Part shown: one piece after another, positions 9,793 to 19,366 of the stretch
Layout of the letters: the number at the start of each line of letters is the position of its first letter
Position numbering within the stretch: the first letter of the stretch is position 1
Source of the DNA: Eledone cirrhosa
Lineage: Eukaryota
DNA length: 64,000 nt
NCBI GenBank assembly: GCA_964016885.1
Contig: OZ024745.1
Coordinates: 1,798,001-1,862,000, forward strand
Direction of reading: 5' to 3'
Translations under genes and position numbers: made by a program
Notes under the pieces: model-generated
Seen by the model: the letters and a program-made list of their open reading frames with translations, nothing else
Databases searched by the model: none
What the model was told of the DNA's origin: nothing

Positions 9793-10102
9793 TTTCTTTA
9801 TTTGCCACAAGGGCGCACTAGAAAAGGGGAGAATACAAAGACACATGCCGGAAATTTTACATACAGTCGTGTAAAAAAAAACAAAAAAAAAACATATATA
9901 TATATATAAAACAAACAATTATAACAATCAAAATCCCCAATAGGGGGGAAACGCCACAAATGGGTTGTTTAATACCCCGTCGATAGAACAATCCATAACT
10001 TCAGGAGCGTGTTGTGCAAGTGCTCCTTTCTTCCTTTTGCTCTCTTCTTTAACCTTCAGGCTTATAAACAGACACGGCCCAATCACTCGGGCCATTTTCG
10101 CT
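9793..10102 (-). mobile_element. Short 5'-truncated Tx1-like fragment, third subfamily (copy 5)
   Basis: The minus strand begins with AKMARVIGPCLFISL (compare ARMARVNGPSLYIRL), then a homologous 3' UTR ending in GCGCCCTTGTGGCAAATAAAGAAA + (TATC)n. The 5' flank (10103-10195) is also GATA repeat. Confidence 0.85.
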
Positions 10103-10143
10103 TAGATAGATAGAGAGATAGATAGAGAGATAGATAGAGAGAG

Positions 10144-10186
<43 letters not shown>

Positions 10187-10195
10187 GAGATAGAA
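10103..10195. repeat. (GATA)n/(GA)n microsatellite
   Basis: Direct reading. Confidence 0.95.
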
Positions 10196-10221
10196 AGAAA
10201 GTGAGTAAAAGATATGAAGGA

Positions 10222-11329
10222 AGAATCGACCCCAGTACTGGACTCGTACATTTATCTACCTCGAAAGGATGAAAGGCAAAGTTGACCTCGGTGGGATTTG
10301 AACTGAGAGATCCGGAATAAATACCCCGAATCATTCTATCTAACGTTCTAACCACTCTACCATTCTATCTGACGTTCTAACCACTCTATCATTCTATCTG
10401 ACGTTCTAACCACTCTACCATTCTATCTAACGTTCTAACAACTCTACCATTCTATCAGACGTTCTAACCACTCTACCATTCTATCTGACGTTCTAACCAC
10501 TCTACCATTTTATCTGACGTTCTAACCACTCTACCATTCTATCTGACGTTCTAACCACTCTATCATTCTATCTGACGTTCTAACCACTCTACCATTCTAT
10601 CTAACGTTCTAACAACTCTACCATTCTATCAGACGTTCTAACCACTCTACCATTCTATCTGACGTTCTAACCACTCTACCATTCTATCTGACGTTCTAAC
10701 CACTCTACCATTCTATCTGACGTTCTAACCACTCTACCATTCTATCAGACGTTCTAACCACTCTACCATTCTATCTGACGTTCTAACCACTCTACCATTT
10801 TATCTGACGTTCTAACCACTCTACTATTCCATCTGACGTTCTAACCACTCTACTATTCTATCTGACGTTCTAACCACTCTACCATTCTATCTGATGTTCT
10901 AACCACTCTACAATTCTATCTGATGTTCTAACCACTCTACCATTCTATCTGACGTTGTAACCACTCTACCATTCTATCTGACGTTCTAACCACTCTACCA
11001 TTCTATCTGACGTTCTAACAACTCTACCATTCTATCTGACGTTCTAACCACTCTACCATTCTATCTGACGTTCTAACCACTCTACCATTCTATCAGACGT
11101 TCTAACCACCCTACCATTCTATCTGACGTTCTAACAACTCTACCATTCTATCTGCCGTTCTAACCACTCTACCATTCTATCAGACGTTCTAACCACCCTA
11201 CCATTCTATCTGACGTTCTAACAACTCTACCATTCTATCTGACGTTCTAACCACTCTACCATTCTATCTGACGTTCTAACCACTCTACCATTCTATCAGA
11301 CGTTCTAACCACTCTGTTTATTCACCGCC
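10222..11329 (-). mobile_element. tRNA-derived SINE split by an internal tandem amplification
   Basis: The minus strand reads GGCGGTGAA..CAGAGTGGTTAGAACG at 11329, then the 29-bp array, then B-box AGTTCAAATCCCACCGAGGTCAACTTTGCCTTTCATCCTTTCGAGG..CCAGTACTGGGGTCGATT. Confidence 0.72.
10331..11315. repeat. 29-bp minisatellite ACCATTCTATCTGACGTTCTAACCACTCT
   Basis: About 34 units read directly. Confidence 0.97.
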
Positions 11330-11395
11330 ACTCAGCTCCACTTTTTAATAATTCTGTTCTAAACCACGAACAATTTTCTTTTTCTAAATAATTTC

Positions 11396-12770
11396 ATTTG
11401 TCTGTAACACATTTACTGCCATGTTCCTATATATTTGTCTGCAACACATTTACTGCCATGTTCCTATATATTTGTCTGTAACATATTTACTGCCATGTTC
11501 CTATATATTTGTCTGTAACATATTTACTGCCATGTTCCTATATATTTGTCTGTAACATATTTACTGCCATGTTCCTATATATTTGTCTGTAACACATTTA
11601 CTGCCATGTTCCTATATATTTGTCTGTAACACATTTACTGCCATGTTCCTATATATTTGTCTGCAACACATTTACTGCCATGTTCCTATATATTTGTCTG
11701 TAACATATTTACTGCCATGTTCCTATATATTTGTTTGTAACACATTTACTGCCATGTTCCTATATATTTGTCTGTAACATATTTACTGCCATGTTCCTAT
11801 ATATTTGTTTGTAACACATTTACTGCCATGTTCCTATATATTTGTCTGTAACATATTTACTGCCATGTTCCTATATATTTGTCTGTAACATATTTACTGC
11901 CATGTTCCTATATATTTGTCTGTAACATATTTACTGCCATGTTCCTATATATTTGTCTGTAACATATTTACTGCCATGTTCCTATATATTTGTCTGTAAC
12001 ATATTTACTGCCATGTTCCTATATATTTGTCTGTAACATATTTACTGCCATGTTCCTATATATTTGTTTGTAACACATTTACTGCCATGTTCCTATATAT
12101 TTGTCTGTAACATATTTACTGCCATGTTCCTATATATTTGTTTGTAACACATTTACTGCCATGTTCCTATATATTTGTCTGTAACATATTTACTGCCATG
12201 TTCCTATATATTTGTCTGTAACATATTTACTGCCATGTTCCTATATATTTGTCTGTAACATATTTACTGCCATGTTCCTATATATTTGTCTGTAACATAT
12301 TTACTGCCATGTTCCTATATATTTGTCTGTAACATATTTACTGCCATGTTCCTATATATTTGTCTGTAACATATTTACTGCCATGTTCCTATATATTTGT
12401 CTGTAACATATTTACTGCCATGTTCCTATATATTTGTCTGTAACATATTTACTGCCATGTTCCTATATATTTGTCTGTAACATATTTACTGCCATGTTCC
12501 TATATATTTGTCTGTAACATATTTACTGCCATGTTCCTATATATTTGTCTGTAACATATTTACTGCCATGTTCCTATATATTTGTCTGTAACATATTTAC
12601 TGCCATGTTCCTATATATTTGTCTGTAACATATTTACTGCCATGTTCCTATATATTTGTCTGTAACATATTTACTGCCATGTTCCTATATATTTGTCTGT
12701 AACATATTTACTGCCATGTTCCTATATATTTGTCTGTAACATATTTACTGCCATGTTCCTATATATTTGT
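11396..12770. repeat. 37-bp minisatellite ATATTTGTCTGTAACATATTTACTGCCATGTTCCTAT
   Basis: About 37 units; variants are confined to the left part. Confidence 0.97.
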
Positions 12771-12958
12771 CAAATACATAATTCATTAGACTAACACCAA
12801 TCTCTCATTCCCTTCCCCCTTTCTGTAGTGTTGTATATAAACTTATTCTTTCTTTTTAGACAGGTCACTAGTTGCAGTTAGTTATGTTTAACCACTCACA
12901 TTGGTCTTTGGTCATCCGTTTAATACAAGTTATGCACACAGCTGACTTTAAAAAAATG

Positions 12959-12959
<1 letters not shown>

Positions 12960-13015
<56 letters not shown>

Positions 13016-13016
13016 T
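12960..13016. repeat. (TA)n(GA)n microsatellite
   Basis: Direct reading. Confidence 0.95.
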
Positions 13017-13669
13017 ATGGTGGGGGGAGGTGGGGGTTAAGGGAAGGAAGATGGACAGATAGAGTGATAGCTAGAAAGAGACATAGACAGAGAAAATGAT
13101 AGACATAGAGAGAGGGTGAGAGTGAGACACAGGAATATAACCAAAAAAGAGAGAAAGAATGAAAGGGGGAGTGGGTAGAGAAAGTGGACAAAGAAGGAAC
13201 AATGAAAGACTCAATGAAAGGAATAATAGAAGAATTAAAGGAGACATGCTGTAAAACAATGCTTAGAATTTCGGAATATAAAGAAACTCACATTTTTATA
13301 TGGAAATTTGTTTCCAGTTTAAAACATAAAGACAAGTTAAAACGCTAATGTATACCATTACCAATATTTCCGACACTGGAATTAGTTCAAGACTGAAAAC
13401 AAAAGCTCAGAGAACTTTATCTTACAGAAGCAGAGACTGGCTTTCATTCTGCTTAGATAGTCGAGTATAGCTATTTCCTTTCTGGAAGATTTGTCGTTTC
13501 ATGTGTCGCATTATGTGTCAGAGTTTTTAGCAGAAGATGCTTACCACAGCTTTGTAATCTTCTCGTCATTGCAACCTTAGCAGAATGTCTACCATTTAAT
13601 ATCAAGTTGTTAACATAAAACAAAGAAAGACAAAAACTAAACAACTAACATACAAAACATATACAAATG

Positions 13670-13735
13670 CCGGCATAATTGTACGGTTTAAGCAGTCTGC
13701 TTCGCAACAACGTGGTTACGTTCCTTGGGTACCGT
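13670..13735 (+). mobile_element. Possible highly degenerate tRNA-SINE head fragment
   Basis: GTACGGTTTAAGCAGTCTGCTTCGCAACAACGTGGTT resembles, from memory, a second octopod SINE head (..TGGTAAGAAGCTTGCTTCCCAACCACATGGTT). No intact B-box. Confidence 0.3.
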
Positions 13736-13832
13736 ATTTCGGTTATGACGGCTTTATTCTTATTTATATATAGAATTATATTCTCCAACGTTTCCTTTTT
13801 GTTTTCCCTTTTCCCTCATGACAATCGGGTGG

Positions 13833-14088
13833 GATTTGAATGAGATTTGAATGTTATTTGAGTGAAATTTGAATGAGATTTGAGTGATATTTGAATGAGA
13901 TTTGAATGAGATTTAAATGATATTTGAATGAGATTTGAATGAGTTTTGAATGATATTTGAGTGATATTTGAATGAGATTTGAGTGAGATTTGAATGAGAT
14001 TTGAGTGATATTTGAATGAGATTTGAATGAGATTTGAGTGAGAATTAAATGAGATTTGAGTGAGATTTGAATGATATTTGAGTGATAT
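13833..14088. repeat. 11-bp minisatellite GATTTGA(A/G)TGA
   Basis: About 23 imperfect units. Confidence 0.93.
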
Positions 14089-14495
14089 TTTTAGCAGGCA
14101 GCACAACATAGAACGATCACATCTTGCTGGCTTAAAGTTTGGAGATTTGACGTTTCAAAACCAAGCGAAAAAGGAAGTTAGACGAAATTATACATCATAG
14201 GTATGACATTACAGAAACTCGTACCTTAAAAGGGGGTTAAACTTTACCCCATCTCTCCGATTCGTTATCCATCGATTACTATTTTACCGAGATTTTAAAC
14301 ATATTTTCTTCTTTAAGTCCAGAGAGCAGCACAGATTGCATTGAAGAGTTCTCCGGAGTCGAGAACTCTGAGTAATTCTTATTTCAGGTAATCATATGTA
14401 ATCATATTTTTAGTTCACAAAATTCTATAAAACATATGGTTCTTATTTCGATTGATAATTCTGTTCATTTGGTCATTTGGTTTCAGAACGAAAGA

Positions 14496-14497
<2 letters not shown>

Positions 14498-14542
<45 letters not shown>
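14498..14542. repeat. (TA)n microsatellite
   Basis: Direct reading. Confidence 0.97.
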
Positions 14543-14543
<1 letters not shown>

Positions 14544-14618
14544 CGAAGGAGTTGTGGTAAGGTACCAGATGGACCATGACGCACCAGAGTACTCAATAAT
14601 TAGGGTAGTAGAGTGGGA

Positions 14619-14745
14619 ATAGGAAAAAGTATGACCCCGTCGGCAGAGCTCAAGCCGTTTCGACGGCTATTTCTGGACTATTTCAGTCCAGAAATAACCG
14701 TCGAAATGGCTTGAGCTCTGCCGTCGGGGTCATACTTTTTCCTAT
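14619..14745. repeat. Near-perfect fold-back palindrome (61-bp arms, 5-nt loop), probably a mobile-element remnant
   Basis: 14619-14679 versus the reverse complement of 14685-14745 shows 3 mismatches, with loop ATTTC. The whole 14543-14745 unit lies between two (TA)n tracts. Confidence 0.93.
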
Positions 14746-14913
14746 ATATATATATATATATATTGTTATACTTTGGGAGGGTCATGTTGCCAATAAGAAA
14801 CACACGCACCAGTTGCTTTCATTTTAATTTATTATAATAAATTTATAAATTTGGGAATTTATAAATTTCCGGTTGGTTGGTTGGTTCCACAACCAGATGG
14901 TTGTTTATATATT

Positions 14914-14956
14914 GTCAAAGTTCTTTCGTCACACATTCTGTGACCTCTTCAGTGAC
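14914..14956 (-). ncRNA. Minimal type I hammerhead-ribozyme-like motif in the PLE pLTR
   Basis: Minus strand: GUCA CUGAAGA G GUCAC agaaugu GUGAC GAAA GaaC UU UGAC. Core boxes are present, with a 4-bp stem I, a 5-bp stem II and a very short stem III. Confidence 0.65.
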
Positions 14957-15185
14957 TGGGGATTCTTTTCTTTGTTTTTTGTGCCTCTCCTTTGTTCTGT
15001 CCTACGCCATCTTGTTTTTGTGTGTGTGTTGTGTGCTTAGTTTGCGCATGTGTTACATCCGGGTGTCTGTGTGTGTTTATATTCGTTTATTTATTTGTTT
15101 ATTTACATATTACTGGTTGGTTGTTTGTTCTATGTGCGTGTGTGTTTTCATTTTGTCCTTAATTGTAAGTTGTCGTGTTGCTGTT

Positions 15186-15800
15186 CTACTCATGTTTTCT
15201 ATTTAATTTTGGTTGTAATTCATTTATGTTTATTGCCTCTGTAATTTGTCTAAACATTGCATCTTTTCTGTGTGTAGATTCGATTTTTATTTCTATGTTC
15301 TCTAATTTACCCTTATGTTCTATTTTAGCATGTTGGTAGAGTAGAGATGATTCTTTACTATCTTGAAGGTCTCGCCAGTGTTCATTTATCCGTTCCCCTA
15401 TACTACGAGCTGTCTCACCTATGTACACTATATGTTTATCTTTGCATTGTCCTTCAGTACATCTTATGCTATATACTACATTTCTAGTTTTACAGTTAAT
15501 ATGGGGGCTTAATTTACAGATTATACATTTCTTATCTATACAGGGAGGTCTTTGAAAATGGTATGTATTGCTAATAAGTGTTTTTATGGAGGTACCTGGT
15601 CTTTCTACTATCTTAATATTGAGTTTATGTTTATCTAGGGCCCTTCTAAATTTGTAAGCTAATTCACCTCTAGGGGTTGTATCGATGAACATTACATTCT
15701 GGTATTTATTGCTATCATACCATGAGTTTATTCTATTAGCCTTATTCCTAGTTCTTTCTATTCTATTCCAAAATTTGCTCCTATACAAGGGGCAGGTCTC
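15186..15800 (-). pseudogene. C-terminal fragment of a PLE ORF: linker, Cys-rich finger and GIY-YIG endonuclease
   Basis: CPLYR..W..VMFIDTTP..KIVERPG..CIDKKCIIC..C..NVVYSIRC..C..YIGETARS..ER..EH..H....H..RQITEAINI..PKLNRKHE*. The RT part is missing. From memory the pattern resembles Naiad-type PLEs. Confidence 0.88.
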
Positions 15801-15803
15801 ATT

Positions 15804-15845
15804 TCACTGAAGAGGTCACAGAATGTGTGACGAAAGAACTTTGAC
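15804..15845 (+). ncRNA. Second copy of the hammerhead-like motif in the inverted pLTR
   Basis: TCA CTGAAGA G GTCAC agaatgt GTGAC GAAA GAAC TT TGA(C). Stem I is clipped to 3 bp by the inversion junction. Confidence 0.55.
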
Positions 15846-16052
15846 AATATATAAACAACCATATGGTTGTGGAACCAACCAACCGGAAATTTATAAATTC
15901 CTAAATTTATAAATTTATTATAATAAATTGAAGTGAAAGCAACTGGTGCGTGTGTTTCTTATTGGCAACATGACCCTCCCAAAGTATAACAATATCGGTT
16001 TCAACACACGTTTTCAGATAAAGAATCTTGCTAAACAAATTCAGAAACGAAA

Positions 16053-16075
16053 TATATATATATATATATATATAT
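16053..16075. repeat. (TA)n microsatellite
   Basis: Direct reading. Confidence 0.95.
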
Positions 16076-16489
16076 GAGAGTGAGAGACAGACAAACAGAT
16101 AGATAGCTATATAGGGAGAGAAAGAAATGTTTTTAATATGACAAGAAGCAGGGTGTAGAAGAAAAATGGAAGTTATATAATAGAATGTAAAACAGAAGAA
16201 TTATTATTTCTAAACAACATAATACAATAGAAATATAGATTTCACAAAAGAAAAAAAACGTCCAATTCGATGAAGTTAATGAAACTAATCATCCATTAAT
16301 TGATACTGTGATTACTAATAGTGAAGCAGAAACGACGACTATTTATTGTCTGAATACATATAAGTTGGCAATCTGTGAAATAGAGGATTGATGTAGTTCT
16401 TCTGAAAGAGTTAAACGTTTAAGACGTGTTTTTATCAGTCTTCTGGTAATATTGTCACTGTTAATTCCCAAATAGTTTGTATAGCAGAG

Positions 16490-19262
16490 TTGATGATAAC
16501 AGAAGAGGTAAGGTGGTGGTGGTGGTAACAGGAGAGGTAGAGGTGGTGGTGGTGGTAACAGGAGAGGTAGAGGTGGTGGTGGTGGTAACAGGAGAGGTAG
16601 AGGTGGTGGTGGTGGTAACAGCAGAGGTAGAGGTGGTGGTGGTGGTAACAGGAGAGGTAGAGGTGGTGGTGGTGGTAACAGGAGAGGTAGAGGTGGTGGT
16701 GGTGGTAACAGGAGAGGTAGAGGTGGTGGTGGTGGTAACGGGAGAGGTAGAGGTGGTGGTGGTGGTAACAGGAGAGGTAGAGGTGGTGGTAACAGGAGAG
16801 GTAGAGGGGGTGGTGGTGGTAATAGGAGAGGTAGACGTGGTGGTAACAGGAGAGGTAGAGGTGGTGGCGGTGGTAACAGGAGAGGTAGAGGTGGTGGTGG
16901 TGGTAACAGGAGAGGTAGAGGTGGTGGTGGTGATAACGGGTGAGGTAGAGGTGGTGGTAACAGAAGAGGTAAGGTGGTGGTGGTGGTAACAGGAGAGGTA
17001 GAGGGGGTGGTGGTGGTAACAGGAGAGGTAGAGGTGGTGGCGGTGGTAACAGGAGAGGTAGAGGGGGTGGTGGTGGTAACAGGAGAGGTAGAGGGGGTGG
17101 TGGTGGTAACAGGAGAGGTAGAGGTGGTGGTGGTGGTAACAGGAGAGGTAGAGGTGGTGGTGGTGATAACAGGAGAATTAGAGGTGGTGGTGGTGGTGGT
17201 AACAGGAGAGGTAGAGGGGGTGGTGGTGGTAACAGGAGAGGTAGAGGGGGTGGTGGTGGTAACAGGAGAGGTAGAGGTGGTGGTGGTGGTAACAGGAGAA
17301 TTAGAGGTGGTGGTGGTGGTGGTAACAGGAGATGTAGAGGTGGCGGTGGTGGTGGTAACAGGAGAGGTAGAGGTGGTGGTGGTGGTAACAGGAGAGGTAG
17401 AAGTGGTGGCGGTGGTAACAGGAGAATTAGAGGTGGTGGTGGTGGTGGTAACAGGAGAGGTAGAGGGGGTGGTGGTGGTAACAGGAGAGGTAGAGGGGGT
17501 GGTGGTGGTAACAGGAGAGGTAGAGGTGGTGGTGGTGGTAACAGGAGATGTAGAGGTGGCGGTGGTGGTGGTAACAGGAGAGGTAGAGGTGGTGGTGGTG
17601 GTAACAGGAGAGGTAGAAGTGGTGGTGGTGGTAACAGGAGAGGTAGAGGTGGTGGTAACAGGAGAGGTAGAAGTGGTGGCGGTGGTAACAGGAGAATTAG
17701 AGGTGGTGGTGGTGGTGGTAACAGGAGAGGTAGAGGGGGTGGTGGTGGTAACAGGAGAGGTAGAGGGGGTGGTGGTGGTAACAGGAGAGGTAGAGGTGGT
17801 GGTGGTGGTAACAGGAGATGTAGAGGTGGCGGTGGTGGTGGTAACAGGAGAGGTAGAGGGTGGTGGTGGTGGTAACGGGAGAGGTAGAGGTGGTGGTAAC
17901 AGGAGAGGTAGAGGTGGTAGTGGTGGTAACAGGAGAGGTAGAGGTGGTGGTGGTGGTAACAGGAGAGGTAGAGTTGGTGGTGGTGGTAACAGGAGAGGTA
18001 GAAGTGGTGGCGGTGGTAACAGGAGAATTAGAGGTGGTGGTGGTGGTGGTAACAGGAGAGGTAGAGGTGGTGGTGGTGGTAACAGGAGAGGTAGAAGTGG
18101 TGGCGGTGGTAACAGGAGAGGTAGAGGTGGTGGTGGTGATAACAGGAGAGGTATGGGTGGTGGTGGTGGTAAAAGGAGAGGCAAGGTGGTGGTGGTAGTA
18201 ACAGGAGAAGTAGAGGTGGTGGTGGTGGTAACGGGAGAGGTAGAGGTGGTGGTGGTGGTAACAGAAGAGATAGAGGTGGTGGTTGTGTTTTAACAGGAGA
18301 GGTAGAGGGTGGTGGTGGTGATAACAGACGAGGTAGAGGTGGTGGTGGTGGTAACAGGAGAGGTAGAGGGTGGTGGTGGTGGTAACAGGAGAGTTAGAGG
18401 TGGTGGTGGTGGTAACGGGAGAGGTAGAGGTGGTGGTGGTGGTAACAGACGAGGTAGAGGTGGTGGTGGTGATAACAGACGAGGTAGAGGTGGTGGTGGT
18501 GATAACAGACGAGGTAGAGGTGGTGGTGGTGGTAACAGGAGAGGTAGAGGGTGGTGGTGGTGGTAACAGGAGAGGTAGAGGGTGGTGGTGGTGGTAACAG
18601 GAGAGGTAGAGGTGGTGGTGGTGGTAACAGGAGAGGTAGAGGGTGGTGGTGGTGGTAACAGGAGAGGTAGAGGTGGTGGTGGTGGTAACAGGAGAGGTAG
18701 AGGTGGTGGTGGTGATAACAGACGAGGTAGAGGTGGTGGTGGTGGTAACAGGAGAGGTAGAGGGTGGTGGTGGTGGTAACAGGAGAGGTAGAGGTGGTGG
18801 TGGTGATAACAGACGAGGTAGAGGTGGTGGTGGTGGTAACAGGAGAGGTAGAGGGTGGTGGTGGTGGTAACAGGAGAGGTAGAGGGTGGTGGTGGTGGTA
18901 ACAGGAGAGGTAGAGGTGGTGATAACAGAAGAGGTAGAGGAGGTGATAACAGAAGTGGTGGTGGTGGTGATAACAGAAGAAGTAGAGGTGGTGGTGGTGG
19001 TAATAGAAGAGGTAGAGATGTTGATAACAGAAGAGGTAGTGGTGGTGGTGATGATAACAGATGAGATAGCGGTGGTGGTGGTGATAACAGAAAAGGTGGT
19101 GGTGGAGATAACAGAAGAGGGGGTGATAACAGAGAGGTGGTGGTGGTGATAACAGAAGAGGGGTGGTGGTGGTGATAACAGAAGAGGGGGTGATAACAGA
19201 GAGGTGGTGGTAGTGATAACAGAAGAGGGGGTGGTGGTGGTGATAACAGAAGAGGGGTTGAT
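16490..19262. repeat. ~27-bp composite satellite (GGT)nAACAGGAGAGGTAGA
   Basis: About 100 units with a variable GGT count. Degenerates to GATAACAGAAGAG variants after ~18900. Confidence 0.97.
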
Positions 19263-19366
19263 GGTGGCAGATGCTGTAGATTAAGAGAAACCAAACAAAA
19301 AGTAAAATGAATAAGAACGGCGAGATGTGTAAAGTGTGAAATGATTAGATAATATAGTGGAGACAT

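Larger units (their letters stand above)
14760..16052 (-). mobile_element. 5'-truncated Penelope-like element (PLE) with inverted pseudo-LTR, inserted in (TA)n
   Basis: A GIY-YIG ORF is flanked by ~195-bp inverted repeats (14760-14955 and 15804-15995). The right arm has a ~57-bp extension. (TA)n lies on both sides (14743-14762 and 16053-16075). Confidence 0.88.

Noticed and set aside
12892-12955. Possible short minus-strand exon (TTTTTTAAAG ... GTGAGT)
   Set aside because: Only 46 bp, with no protein similarity recognised. Such signals are expected by chance.
14315-14387. Possible short host exon (pyrimidine tract + AG ... CAG|GTAATC, one open frame QRAAQIALKSSPESRTLSNSYF)
   Set aside because: No recognisable homology or partner exons. 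RNA-seq would be needed.
15186-15800. Selenocysteine recoding, as I recall reported for some Naiad PLEs
   Set aside because: There is no in-frame TGA in the preserved fragment and no SECIS could be recognised by eye.
14760-15995. DNA transposon with long terminal inverted repeats
   Set aside because: The enclosed ORF is a PLE GIY-YIG endonuclease, the repeats hold hammerhead motifs and one arm has a tail, which fits an inverted pseudo-LTR rather than TIRs.
16343-19366. Mucin-like (TTTTSTSPV), RGG-like (GGGNRRGR) and His-rich ORFs
   Set aside because: These are translations of the 27-bp satellite. The peptide type flips at single-base indels, showing no frame constraint.
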